A stretch of 64,000 nucleotides of DNA from Bacteroidales bacterium (lineage in GTDB: Bacteria > Bacteroidota > Bacteroidia > Bacteroidales > UBA932): contig JAAYJQ010000002.1 of assembly GCA_012522855.1 (NCBI GenBank), positions 71,607-135,606 on the forward strand, read 5' to 3'. The translations under genes and the position numbers were made by a program. Positions 26,067 through 34,612 of the stretch are shown here, one piece after another. Positions within the stretch are counted from its first letter, which is position 1. Each line of letters starts with the position of its first letter. Under the pieces are notes generated by a model. That model saw only the letters and a list, made by a program, of their open reading frames with translations, was not told the DNA's origin and made no database searches.

Positions 26067-26615
26067 TTAAAGTTGGATGGATGATTTTTTCAGTTCCGTT
26101 CGGATTTTCTTCGCGGCAAAGTGATAGGAAGCCTTCAAAGCCCCGACGGAAGTGTCCAGGATCTCCGATAGGTCTTCGTAGGAGAGGTCTTCGAAATAGC
26201 GCATCGTAAAAACGATTCGCTGCTTTTCGGGCAGGCGCTGGATGGCCTTCAGCAATTCTTTCTGGAGTTCATCTCCGTTGAAATACGGATCATCATCGAT
26301 CTTTTCTTCCATTTCTACGGAGAGTCGTTCGAATTTGAGGGAAGCGCGGATCTTCTCCTTGTGCAGAAAATTCAGTGTTTCATTGGTAGCGATCCGGTAG
26401 AGCCAGGTGTAGAGCCGGGAGTCTCCCCGGAAGGAGGGAAGGTGTTTCCAAACCTTCACAAATATTTCCTGCAGGAGATCATCGGTATCCTCATGGGAGC
26501 AGACAAAGCGGCGGACATGCCAGTAGAGCCTTTCGCTGTAGTTTTCTACAATCAAATTGAATGCTTTTTCCTGCTGACCGCTTCGATACAGACGTATGAT
26601 TTCGAGTTCCGTCAT
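26067..26615 (-). CDS. ECF-type RNA polymerase sigma-70 factor
   Basis: Region 2 ([15 protein letters not shown]) and region 4 ([31 protein letters not shown]). Start at the internal [13 protein letters not shown], giving 182 aa. Confidence 0.85.
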   Translation of the reverse strand: MTELEIIRLYRSGQQEKAFNLIVENYSERLYWHVRRFVCSHEDTDDLLQEIFVKVWKHLPSFRGDSRLYTWLYRIATNETLNFLHKEKIRASLKFERLSVEMEEKIDDDPYFNGDELQKELLKAIQRLPEKQRIVFTMRYFEDLSYEDLSEILDTSVGALKASYHFAAKKIRTELKKSSIQL

Positions 26616-26684
26616 GTGTCGGGGATATGTTTCGCCTTCTCTACAACAATTTTGCCAAATAGATGATATTTGTTTCCTTTTGAT

Positions 26685-26692
26685 TATTTTTG
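26685..26692 (+). promoter_or_regulatory. candidate -7 box (TATTTTTG) 5 nt upstream of the lepA ATG
   Basis: Exact TAnnTTTG match. A weaker GATATTTG lies 20 nt further upstream. Confidence 0.35.
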
Positions 26693-26697
26693 CACAT

Positions 26698-28485
26698 ATG
26701 AAGAACATCCGGAATTTCTGCATAATCGCGCACATCGACCATGGCAAGAGCACCCTCGCCGATCGGCTGTTGGAACTCACCCAAACCCTTTCCGCTCGGG
26801 ACATGGAGGCCCAGGTGCTGGACAGCATGGACTTGGAGCGGGAGAAGGGCATCACCATCAAGAGCCATCCGATCCAGATGGACTACTTGTACAAAGGCGA
26901 GAAATTCCTCCTGAATCTTATCGACACCCCCGGACACGTGGATTTTTCTTATGAAGTATCCCGATCCATCGCCTCCTGCGAAGGCGCCCTGCTTGTGGTG
27001 GATGCCACCCAAGGGATCCAAGCGCAGACCATCTCGAATCTTTATCTAGCGGTGGAACATGGTCTGGAAATCATTCCCGTTTTGAATAAAATCGATATGG
27101 ATTCCGCTCAGCCGGATGTGGTGACGGACCAGATCGTGGATCTGATCGGTTGTAAGCCGGAAGAAGTCTACCGGGTGTCCGCGCGCACGGGCGATGGGGT
27201 GTCCGCGCTGCTGGCTGCCATTGTGGAGAAGATCCCTGCCCCGAAGGGCGATCCGGACGCTCCGCTGCAAGCTTTGATCTTCGACTCGGTTTTCAATTCC
27301 TACCGTGGAATCATTGCGTATTTCAAGGTGTTCAACGGATCCATCCGCTCCGGGGACCGGGTGAAATTCGTCGCGACCGACATGGAATATGAAGCCGAAG
27401 AGGTCGGCGTCCTGAAAATGAAATTGCAGCCGATGGATGTCGTGTCCGCCGGAAATGTGGGTTACATCATTTCAGGAATCAAACGGGCAATCGAAGTGAA
27501 GGTCGGCGACACGATCACCCATTCCGATCGTCCCTGCGACAAGGCGATCTCCGGCTTCGAGGAAGTAAAACCCATGGTGTTCGCCGGCCTGTATCCTGTT
27601 CAGGCTGACAAGTTCGAAGAACTTCGCGCGACGCTGGAGAAGTTCCGGCTCAACGATGCCAGTTTCGTTTACGAACCGGAGTCCTCGCTGGCCTTGGGCT
27701 TCGGCTTCCGTTGCGGCTTCCTGGGATTGCTGCACCTGGAGATCGTGCAGGAACGATTGTTCCGTGAATTCAATATGGATGTCATCACGACGGTACCGAA
27801 TGTCTCCTACAAGGTGTTCACAACGCATGGCGACGAACTCGATGTTCACAACCCCTCCGGTTTGCCCGCTCCTACACTGATCGATCACATCGAGGAGCCC
27901 TATATCCGGGCGCAGGTCATCTCCAAGACAGAGTTCTATGGTCCCATCATGAAACTCTGCATGGAAAAACGCGGTATTCTCATCGGCGAGCATTACATCA
28001 CCTCCGATCGGGTGGAGCTGACCTACGACATGCCGCTTTCGGAGATCGTCTTCGACTTCTATGACAAGCTCAAGTCCATGTCCAAAGGCTACGCCTCTTT
28101 CGACTACCATGTGACGGGTTTCCGTCCGGCAAGGCTGGTGAAACTGGACATCCTGCTCAACGGAGAGCCTGCCGACGCGCTCTCAACCTTGATCCATGAG
28201 GATCACGCCTATGATTTCGGAAGGAAGATCTGCTTGAAACTCAAGGAGTTGATTCCCCGGCAGCAGTTCGACATCGCTATACAGGCTGCCATCGGGGCAA
28301 AGGTCATCGCCCGGGAGACGGTTCGACAGGTGCGGAAAGATGTGACGGCGAAATGTTACGGGGGCGATGTGAGCCGGAAGCGGAAACTCCTGGAAAAACA
28401 GAAAGAAGGAAAGAAACGAATGCGTCAGATCGGCACGGTTCAGGTTCCGCAGAGCGCATTCATGGCGGTACTGAAACTGGATTGA
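26698..28485 (+). CDS. lepA: translation elongation factor 4
   Basis: [26 protein letters not shown]-domain motifs DTPGH and NKID, and the LepA-specific C-terminal domain. 595 aa from the internal ATG. Confidence 0.95.
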   Translation: MKNIRNFCIIAHIDHGKSTLADRLLELTQTLSARDMEAQVLDSMDLEREKGITIKSHPIQMDYLYKGEKFLLNLIDTPGHVDFSYEVSRSIASCEGALLVVDATQGIQAQTISNLYLAVEHGLEIIPVLNKIDMDSAQPDVVTDQIVDLIGCKPEEVYRVSARTGDGVSALLAAIVEKIPAPKGDPDAPLQALIFDSVFNSYRGIIAYFKVFNGSIRSGDRVKFVATDMEYEAEEVGVLKMKLQPMDVVSAGNVGYIISGIKRAIEVKVGDTITHSDRPCDKAISGFEEVKPMVFAGLYPVQADKFEELRATLEKFRLNDASFVYEPESSLALGFGFRCGFLGLLHLEIVQERLFREFNMDVITTVPNVSYKVFTTHGDELDVHNPSGLPAPTLIDHIEEPYIRAQVISKTEFYGPIMKLCMEKRGILIGEHYITSDRVELTYDMPLSEIVFDFYDKLKSMSKGYASFDYHVTGFRPARLVKLDILLNGEPADALSTLIHEDHAYDFGRKICLKLKELIPRQQFDIAIQAAIGAKVIARETVRQVRKDVTAKCYGGDVSRKRKLLEKQKEGKKRMRQIGTVQVPQSAFMAVLKLD

Positions 28486-28492
28486 CGTCACC

Positions 28493-29167
28493 ATGCTGAA
28501 AGTTGCGATCATCATCACGATTGTGGACCCCTCCGACAAGAATCCGGGATGCCTGGAAGAGTGCCAGCGTCAGATCGATGCGATTCAGGCGGAAGAAAGG
28601 TACGCATTCTCCATCTTCATGAACACGGCCGGAGAGATCGGCCAGGAGAGCATTTGGACGCAAACTTCGAAGGAGGGCTACGATTTCTATCTCTGGATCG
28701 ATAACGATCTGCAATTAGCGGAGAACGCTTTGACGGTATTCCTGGAGAATTCGGAATTCCTTCGCCACAAAGCCATCATCGCCGGAACGGTCGCAGGTCC
28801 GGACAAGATGCTTCTCTTCGGCGGAAGGACCCGTCGCGGAAAAATTTTGAAGCCGGATCCGATTATCCCGATTCCCTGCTATCTGTTTGACAACGATCTC
28901 GTGCTGGTTCCGTCGGATGCCTTAATGCGATTGGATGCTCCGGAGGAGTTGCTGCATCGCAGCATCATCGATTACGGTTGCGGAGCCAAGGCGGCTCGCG
29001 CGGGGATACCCAGAGTCATTGCTCCCGGCATCCTTGCGGAGACGAACCGGAAAATTGAAATCCCCGTTTGGAAAAATCCGGAATATCCGATCCTGGAGCG
29101 GGCGGGGTCTTTCCTCAAAGAATTCAGTCGCGCGCTGGCGCGCATGATGCACTCTTCATTCAATTAG
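28493..29167 (+). CDS. small glycosyltransferase family 2-like protein
   Basis: N-terminal beta-alpha pattern (KVAIIITIV) and an acidic DND motif (LWIDNDLQL), as in GT-A fold enzymes. The call rests on weak motifs only. Confidence 0.5.
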   Translation: MLKVAIIITIVDPSDKNPGCLEECQRQIDAIQAEERYAFSIFMNTAGEIGQESIWTQTSKEGYDFYLWIDNDLQLAENALTVFLENSEFLRHKAIIAGTVAGPDKMLLFGGRTRRGKILKPDPIIPIPCYLFDNDLVLVPSDALMRLDAPEELLHRSIIDYGCGAKAARAGIPRVIAPGILAETNRKIEIPVWKNPEYPILERAGSFLKEFSRALARMMHSSFN

Positions 29168-29179
29168 CCTGCTTCAACC

Positions 29180-30292
29180 TTACATTCCGCTGATGATGCG
29201 GAGACAACCGAGGAGGAGGGTAACTGCCTGTTCGTCCAGCGCAACCAACCACGCCGGACAACACCCGATCGCGGAAAGCGAGATCGTGAGAACGGAAAGC
29301 ATCATGATCACGCTTGTGAGCGGCATGGCAATCAGATTGGTCAGCAGAAAGTATTGGGGGAAGGTGCGGAAGTGGAACCAAGCCACCGGAGCGGTGAAAA
29401 GTTGGCAGGAAATGGTCAAGGAAGCACCCCTCCATATTCTCCGAAGGGGATTCCATCGGTCCAGGCGCCGGTTGCCGGAGGCGGGATACAAACTTTCCAG
29501 CATCGGATAGAGCAGATAGATTCCGGTCATCGCCAGGTAGGAGAGCTGGAAGCCAACCGATGCGATCACCCCGGGTTTCAAGGCGAGCTGGATCGTGAGG
29601 CCGGCCAGAAGCACCCGCAGGGGTTCCCGTTCCCTGCCGGCCAGCTTGCAGGCTTCGTTCAGCAAGATGAACAGGAAGGCGCGAACAATGGAGGGACCCG
29701 CCCCGGTCAGGAGGGAGTAGAAGCCCGATGCGGAAACGATCAGAAGAAAGCGGACGATCCGGGAGACCCGGCTGTTTCCCAAGGGTGCCGTAATCCAGAG
29801 AAGCATCAGATAGAGAATGCCCAGATGCAAGCCGGAGAGGGCCAGCAGATGAGCGGCGCCGCTGGTCCTGAAGACATCTGTAATCTCCCGATTCAACCCG
29901 CTCCGGTCCCCGATGAGCAAGGCTTTGACAAGCCCGCGGACGTCTTCGGAAGTGTAGGGGATCTTGTCGATGACCATACGGAGTTCCTGACATGCTTCAG
30001 TCGCGATGCGGGCCGGAAATCCTTCGTTGCCCGGAAGGGCTGTTCCGATCCATGCTCCGTTCGCGCCGCAGAAGATTCCCGTCAAAAAGAAGATCCCCCC
30101 GATGGCGCTTTGCGCGGCATGGAATGACAACCGATCACCGGAATGCAAGAACAAAAAAAGAACTGCGCCTGTCAAGAGGATGGCCAGCGAAGGGGTGATA
30201 GGGCCGGGGAAAAAAGGCAACAATAGGATACCCGCTGCGACTCCTGCCGCGAACGGAACCCCGACTCCCACAAAATCTCTCGCCCCCGTCAT
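29180..30292 (-). CDS. comEC: ComEC/Rec2 family membrane protein (competence-domain only)
   Basis: LLIGDRSGLNREITDVFRTSGAAHLLALSGLHLGILY is the hallmark ComEC motif, and the protein is polytopic. Start at the internal ATG MTGARDFVG. Confidence 0.75.
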   Translation of the reverse strand: MTGARDFVGVGVPFAAGVAAGILLLPFFPGPITPSLAILLTGAVLFLFLHSGDRLSFHAAQSAIGGIFFLTGIFCGANGAWIGTALPGNEGFPARIATEACQELRMVIDKIPYTSEDVRGLVKALLIGDRSGLNREITDVFRTSGAAHLLALSGLHLGILYLMLLWITAPLGNSRVSRIVRFLLIVSASGFYSLLTGAGPSIVRAFLFILLNEACKLAGREREPLRVLLAGLTIQLALKPGVIASVGFQLSYLAMTGIYLLYPMLESLYPASGNRRLDRWNPLRRIWRGASLTISCQLFTAPVAWFHFRTFPQYFLLTNLIAMPLTSVIMMLSVLTISLSAIGCCPAWLVALDEQAVTLLLGCLRIISGM

Positions 30293-30332
30293 TCTCCGGT
30301 TCCTTTTTTGATAAAAATAGGGATAATATTTG

Positions 30333-30362
30333 TATCTTTGTTTAATTATAATAATAAGTTTG
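30333..30362 (+). promoter_or_regulatory. two candidate -7 boxes (TATCTTTG at 30333-30340, TAAGTTTG at 30355-30362) upstream of ackA
   Basis: Both are exact TAnnTTTG matches in an AT-rich spacer, 29 and 7 nt from the ATG at 30369. Confidence 0.4.
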
Positions 30363-30368
30363 CAACGA

Positions 30369-31583
30369 ATGATCATTCTTGTAATCAATTGTGGAAGTTC
30401 TTCCATTAAGTATCAATTGCTTGACATGAAAAGCCACGAGGTCTATGACCTGCTGGCAAAAGGTATCGTCGAAATGATCGGACTCGAAAGCGCCCGTCTG
30501 CAGCACACATCCTCCGGCAAGGCGAAGGTCGTCAAGGACTTGCCCATCCCGGACCACCGTGTCGGGATGCAAGTGGCGCTGGAGGCTTTGATCGACAAGG
30601 AACATGGCGTGCTCCAATCTTTTGAGGACATTGAGGCCGTAGGGCACCGGATTGTGCACGGGGCTGATTTTTTTGCCGGAAGCGTCCTGGTGGATGAAGA
30701 AGTCCTCAGCAAGATCGAGTTCTGCAATGATTTCGCTCCCCTCCACAACCCTGCTCACCTTCTCGGGATCCGGGCCTGTCAGGAGGTTCTTCCTTCCGTT
30801 CCGCAAGTGGTGACTTTTGACACGGCATTTCACCAGACAATGCCCTCCTATGCCTACATGTACGCGCTCCCGTACAAGTGTTACGAAAAGTACCACATCC
30901 GCCGCTACGGCGCGCACGGGACCAGCCACCAGTTCGTTGCGAACAAAGGTGCCAAGATGGTCGGTCTGGACATCGCGGATTCCAAGATCGTGACCTGCCA
31001 CATCGGGAACGGGAGTTCCATCACGGCTACCGTAAACGGCCGCTCCATCGACACCTCCATGGGATTGACCCCGCTTGAAGGATTGATCATGGGGACCCGC
31101 TGCGGCGACGTGGATGCGAACGCCATCCTCTATCTCATGCGGAAAGAAGATATGACCGTGGATCAGATGTACAGGCTTGTCAACAAAGAGAGCGGCTTCC
31201 TGGGGCTTTCCGAAAAGACTTCGGATGCCCGCGAAATGGACGAACTCGCCAACGCGGGAGACCCGAAGGCGAAACTGGTGTTCAAAATGCTGACCTTCCA
31301 GATGATCAAGTACATCGGGGCCTACGCCGCGGCGATGAACGGTTTGGATGCCGTCTTCTTTACGGGAGGCATCGGAGAGCACAACAGCCGGCTGCGCCGC
31401 AGGGTGTGTGAGAACTTCTCCTACTTGGGGCTGAAGCTCGACTATGAAGCCAACACTGCTTCGGGCGTGGACACGGTCATCTCTCTGCCGGATTCTCAAG
31501 TGAGGGTCGCGCTTGTAACGACGGACGAGGAGCTTGTGATCGCACGCGACACCATGCAAATTGTGCAGAACTTGAACGAATAA
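30369..31583 (+). CDS. ackA: acetate kinase
   Basis: MIILVINCGSSSIKYQLLDM N-terminus, GHRIVHGA, and ~404 aa, typical of AckA rather than the ~355-aa butyrate kinases. Confidence 0.9.
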   Translation: MIILVINCGSSSIKYQLLDMKSHEVYDLLAKGIVEMIGLESARLQHTSSGKAKVVKDLPIPDHRVGMQVALEALIDKEHGVLQSFEDIEAVGHRIVHGADFFAGSVLVDEEVLSKIEFCNDFAPLHNPAHLLGIRACQEVLPSVPQVVTFDTAFHQTMPSYAYMYALPYKCYEKYHIRRYGAHGTSHQFVANKGAKMVGLDIADSKIVTCHIGNGSSITATVNGRSIDTSMGLTPLEGLIMGTRCGDVDANAILYLMRKEDMTVDQMYRLVNKESGFLGLSEKTSDAREMDELANAGDPKAKLVFKMLTFQMIKYIGAYAAAMNGLDAVFFTGGIGEHNSRLRRRVCENFSYLGLKLDYEANTASGVDTVISLPDSQVRVALVTTDEELVIARDTMQIVQNLNE

Positions 31584-31601
31584 CCAAATATACAACCGAA
31601 T

Positions 31602-32513
31602 ATGATTACGAGTTTTTCAGATGTCTTCGCTGAGTTGATCGCACAAAAAGTCTGCAAGAAGCTTGTCGTGGCGTGGGCCATTGACGCTCATACCATCGAA
31701 GCTTGCGCCGAGGCTTCAAGAATGGGATTTGTCAAAGTCACCCTTGTCGGCGACGAAGAATTGATCAAAAATACCTGCGCTGAAGGGAACATCGACGTCG
31801 CGCAGTTCGAGATTCTGCACGAACCTGTAGAACTGAAGGCGGTCACGAAGGCGGTGCAGTTGGTCCACGACGGGAACGGAGACATTCTCATGAAAGGTCT
31901 TTGCTCCACCGACAAATATCTGCGCGCGATCCTGAACAAGGAGACGGGTCTGCTTCCTGCCAAGGGATTGCTGAGCCACGTGGCTGTCATCGACAACCCG
32001 CTGTATCGCAAACTTCTCTTCATGGCCGACATGGCCGTGATTCCGCTTCCTGATTTCCGCCAGAAGATGAAGCTTGCGAACTTCCTGATCAGCGTGGCCA
32101 GTTCTTTCGGCATCTCCAAACCAAAGATCGCCTTTATCGCCGCTTCCGAACAGGTGCTGAATTCCATGCCTGCCTGCATGGAGGCTGCCGCGCTTGCCAA
32201 AATGTGCGATCGGGGCCAGATTCAGGGTTGTATCGGGGACGGTCCGCTGGCCCTTGACGTGGCCATCGACAGCGAATCCGTCGCGATCAAGAAAGTGGTC
32301 AGCCCGGTCGCCGGTGACGCAGACTGTCTCCTGTTCCCGAACATTGAGTCTGCCAATGTGTTCTGGAAGGCGAATTCCAAGTTGGCGAAAGGCGTCAAGC
32401 AGGCGGGCATGCTCGTCGGGACGACGGCGCCCTGCGTGCTGGCCAGCCGTTCCGACAGTTTGGACACCAAACTCAACTCCATCGCCGCGGCCGTTATGTT
32501 CGTGAATAAATAA
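31602..32513 (+). CDS. short PTA_PTB-family phosphate acyltransferase, closest in architecture to phosphate butyryltransferase (Ptb)
   Basis: 303 aa. Motifs ILMKGL, SHVAV, DRGQIQGCIGDGPLALDVA, LLFPNIESANV and LASRSDS align along their length with my recollection of clostridial Ptb. Confidence 0.8.
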   Translation: MITSFSDVFAELIAQKVCKKLVVAWAIDAHTIEACAEASRMGFVKVTLVGDEELIKNTCAEGNIDVAQFEILHEPVELKAVTKAVQLVHDGNGDILMKGLCSTDKYLRAILNKETGLLPAKGLLSHVAVIDNPLYRKLLFMADMAVIPLPDFRQKMKLANFLISVASSFGISKPKIAFIAASEQVLNSMPACMEAAALAKMCDRGQIQGCIGDGPLALDVAIDSESVAIKKVVSPVAGDADCLLFPNIESANVFWKANSKLAKGVKQAGMLVGTTAPCVLASRSDSLDTKLNSIAAAVMFVNK

Positions 32514-32568
32514 CGATCGTTTTCCGTCTTCTCTCTTTTCTCTGGCGACTCCGGGAAGGCGAAAAAAC

Positions 32569-32594
32569 AAAAGCCCGGCAACTGCCGGGCTTTT
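32569..32594. terminator. bidirectional intrinsic terminator shared by the acyltransferase gene (+) and tRNA-Pro (-)
   Basis: AAAAGCCCGGC-AACT-GCCGGGCTTTT: GC-rich 7-bp core extended by A4/T4 runs. Confidence 0.65.
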
Positions 32595-32595
32595 G

Positions 32596-32669
32596 TCGGG
32601 AAGATCCGACTCGAACGGACGACCCCCACGTCCCTAACGTGATGCGCTAACCAACTGCGCCACTTCCCG
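32596..32669 (-). tRNA. tRNA-Pro-like gene whose anticodon reads AGG (A at wobble position 34)
   Basis: Hand-folded 74-nt cloverleaf: acceptor CGGGAAG/CTTCCCG, D stem GCGC/GCGC, anticodon stem TCACG/CGTGG, loop TTAGGGA, variable loop GGGTC, T arm GTCCG-TTCGAGT-CGGAT, discriminator A. Confidence 0.8.
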
Positions 32670-32678
32670 AATGGACCG

Positions 32679-32686
32679 CAAATATA
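32679..32686 (-). promoter_or_regulatory. candidate -7 box (TATATTTG on the minus strand) 10 nt upstream of the tRNA-Pro(AGG) 5' end
   Basis: The plus strand reads CAAATATA, an exact TAnnTTTG match on the tRNA strand. Confidence 0.4.
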
Positions 32687-32727
32687 CGCATTTTTCGGGA
32701 AAAGCCAAGAGTGTCTCGGCTTTATTT

Positions 32728-34005
32728 CTATTCATAGAACAAGTTGCGCTTTGGAAATTTCGTCCCGTATTCCGCGCGGAGTTTCTCGAAAAGTTCCGTT
32801 GTGTATTTGGCAAGTTCCGATCCCTTCCAGGTGCTGGTGTTTGTAATGAAGATCCAGCAGTCTCCTTCGGGAAAGTACTTCACCAGGGCGCTGGTCCCTG
32901 CAAACGTACCGGTTCGGGTCCATTCTCCCGTCGGCTTCGTGTCGTTCCAGCCGAGGGAATAGGTGTCTTTGTCGAAATATTCGGTCATCAAATACACGCT
33001 CTGCCAGTTCAGGATGTCCGGAATTTCGGGTTTTCCGTCGATCGAGGCGACAAAACGGGCCAGTTCGGGCGTGGATGCGATCCAGGCCCCGGAGCCTAAA
33101 AGTCCTTCGATGTTGTTGCCTCCGTAGCAGCGCGGCACCAGCCTTCCGCTGTTGTTGAATTCCGCAACCGGGTTGTCGTCCGGCTGAACGTAATATCGGA
33201 CTTCGCCGGGATACCGTCCTTCGTAGTAATTGCGCCCCAGATGGAAATCGGCGCAGTTGCACTGATGAAGTACATGGTCCTGTATGAATGTTTCGTAATC
33301 TGTTCCGCTCACCTTTTCGATGACGAGGGAAAGCGCCAGATAACCGAAGTTGGAATATTCCTGCGTCGTACCGGGTTCGAACTTCAAGGGCCGCGCGAGT
33401 TGGATTTCCATCAGTTTTCCCGAGTCGGGAACCTTTCGGAGGCGGTTCTGGATCATGATGGACCGGGTGGAAAACATGGGATCTCCACCTTGGCGTGAAA
33501 AGCCCCCCTTGTGCCGGAGCAGGTCTTCCACCGTAATCCGATAATAGGCGGGATCCTTGATAGCGCGGCTGTATACAGTATCGTTCAGAATTCCCCGCGG
33601 ACCGAAAACAGTATCTTTCAGGGAAAGCAGACCCCGTTCCTGCAAGATCATGATGCCCGTCGCCGTGATGAGTTTGGACACGGAAGCCATCCTGAGCAGG
33701 TTGCCGGGCTGCATATCCTTCCCTTGGTCGGCCACCCCGTATCCCTTTGCATAGAGAAGCGAGTCGTTCCGCATAACGGACAGGGAAGCTCCCTTCAGTC
33801 CCCAGTAGCGCATGTATTCTTTGATTTCGCGGTCGAAGCCGGCGAGAGCGGGGATATCGGACAGGTTATTGGTAAGAACGGCGTTCAGATGGACGGGAAT
33901 CCCGGGAGAGACGGAACCCTTTTCATTGCATCGAATAAGGACGGACACGGTCGGAAGGCATGTCGTACACAGCGCCAGCAGGCATATTCTCAGAATCTTG
34001 TGCAT
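32728..34005 (-). CDS. serine hydrolase of the beta-lactamase/PBP (class C-like) family
   Basis: S-x-x-K motif (ASVSKLITATG), Y-x-N motif (EYSNFGY), and an N-terminal signal or lipoprotein-like sequence. Confidence 0.8.
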   Translation of the reverse strand: MHKILRICLLALCTTCLPTVSVLIRCNEKGSVSPGIPVHLNAVLTNNLSDIPALAGFDREIKEYMRYWGLKGASLSVMRNDSLLYAKGYGVADQGKDMQPGNLLRMASVSKLITATGIMILQERGLLSLKDTVFGPRGILNDTVYSRAIKDPAYYRITVEDLLRHKGGFSRQGGDPMFSTRSIMIQNRLRKVPDSGKLMEIQLARPLKFEPGTTQEYSNFGYLALSLVIEKVSGTDYETFIQDHVLHQCNCADFHLGRNYYEGRYPGEVRYYVQPDDNPVAEFNNSGRLVPRCYGGNNIEGLLGSGAWIASTPELARFVASIDGKPEIPDILNWQSVYLMTEYFDKDTYSLGWNDTKPTGEWTRTGTFAGTSALVKYFPEGDCWIFITNTSTWKGSELAKYTTELFEKLRAEYGTKFPKRNLFYE

Positions 34006-34009
34006 GGTC

Positions 34010-34612
34010 TCAAATCAAACCGGCTTGCTTGCCGAATGCGATGATGTAGTCTGCTGTTCCCGCGATGCCCAAGAGCGAGGAATTCAGACAAAGATCATAA
34101 TCCGATGCCGCCCCCCAGTGGCCGAACGTGAAGAAATCGTAGTAGGTTTGACGGATCCGATCCTGTTTCTTCACTACTCTCCGCGCCGCTTCCAGGCTGA
34201 TTTCCTCCCGCCCTGCAACCCGGGCGACGCGGTCATCCAAAGGGGCGGAGATGAACACATCCAGACAGGCAAGGTCGCGGAGGACGTAGTTGGAGCAGCG
34301 CCCCACGAAGACAGCGGACTCCTTCCTCGCGATATCCCGGATGACGTCGCTCTGGATCTTGAACAGCTCGTTGTCGCCGACGTAGTTCCGGACGGTTCCG
34401 AAGCGGCCGGAACCGAAGAGGGAAGAAAGATTGAAGATCCTTCTTTTCTCATCGCTCCGCGCGAAAAATTCTTTGCTGAAGCCGCTCTCCTCGGCGGCTT
34501 TGGTGATCAGTTCGTTGTCGTAGACGCGGATTCCGAGCTTTCTGCCGACTTCGACGGCGACGAGTCTCCCGCCGCTCCCGAACTGTCTGCCGATGTTGAT
34601 GATCTTGTTCAT
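34010..34612 (-). CDS. cytidylate kinase-like family protein (Cytidylate_kin2-type)
   Basis: MNKIINIGRQFGSGGRLVAVEVGRKLGIRVYDNELI is the typical N-terminus of this family. ATGA overlap with the MATE gene. Confidence 0.75.
   Translation of the reverse strand: MNKIINIGRQFGSGGRLVAVEVGRKLGIRVYDNELITKAAEESGFSKEFFARSDEKRRIFNLSSLFGSGRFGTVRNYVGDNELFKIQSDVIRDIARKESAVFVGRCSNYVLRDLACLDVFISAPLDDRVARVAGREEISLEAARRVVKKQDRIRQTYYDFFTFGHWGAASDYDLCLNSSLLGIAGTADYIIAFGKQAGLI

Noticed and set aside
29160-29993. A 277-aa alternate-frame ORF inside comEC, plus plus-strand ORFs 29354-30127 and 29193-29510.
   Set aside because: They overlap a gene with a hallmark ComEC motif, and their products are Arg/Pro/Gly/Ser-rich with no family features.
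30342-31595. A 417-aa ORF exactly antisense to ackA, the same length as the sense ORF.
   Set aside because: Its codons are in the same register as the ackA codons (both triplet starts fall at coordinates divisible by 3). Stops can therefore arise only where the sense gene uses TTA, CTA or TCA, and a codon-biased gene that avoids these gives an open complement frame. The product is Arg/Val/His/Asp-rich with no motifs.
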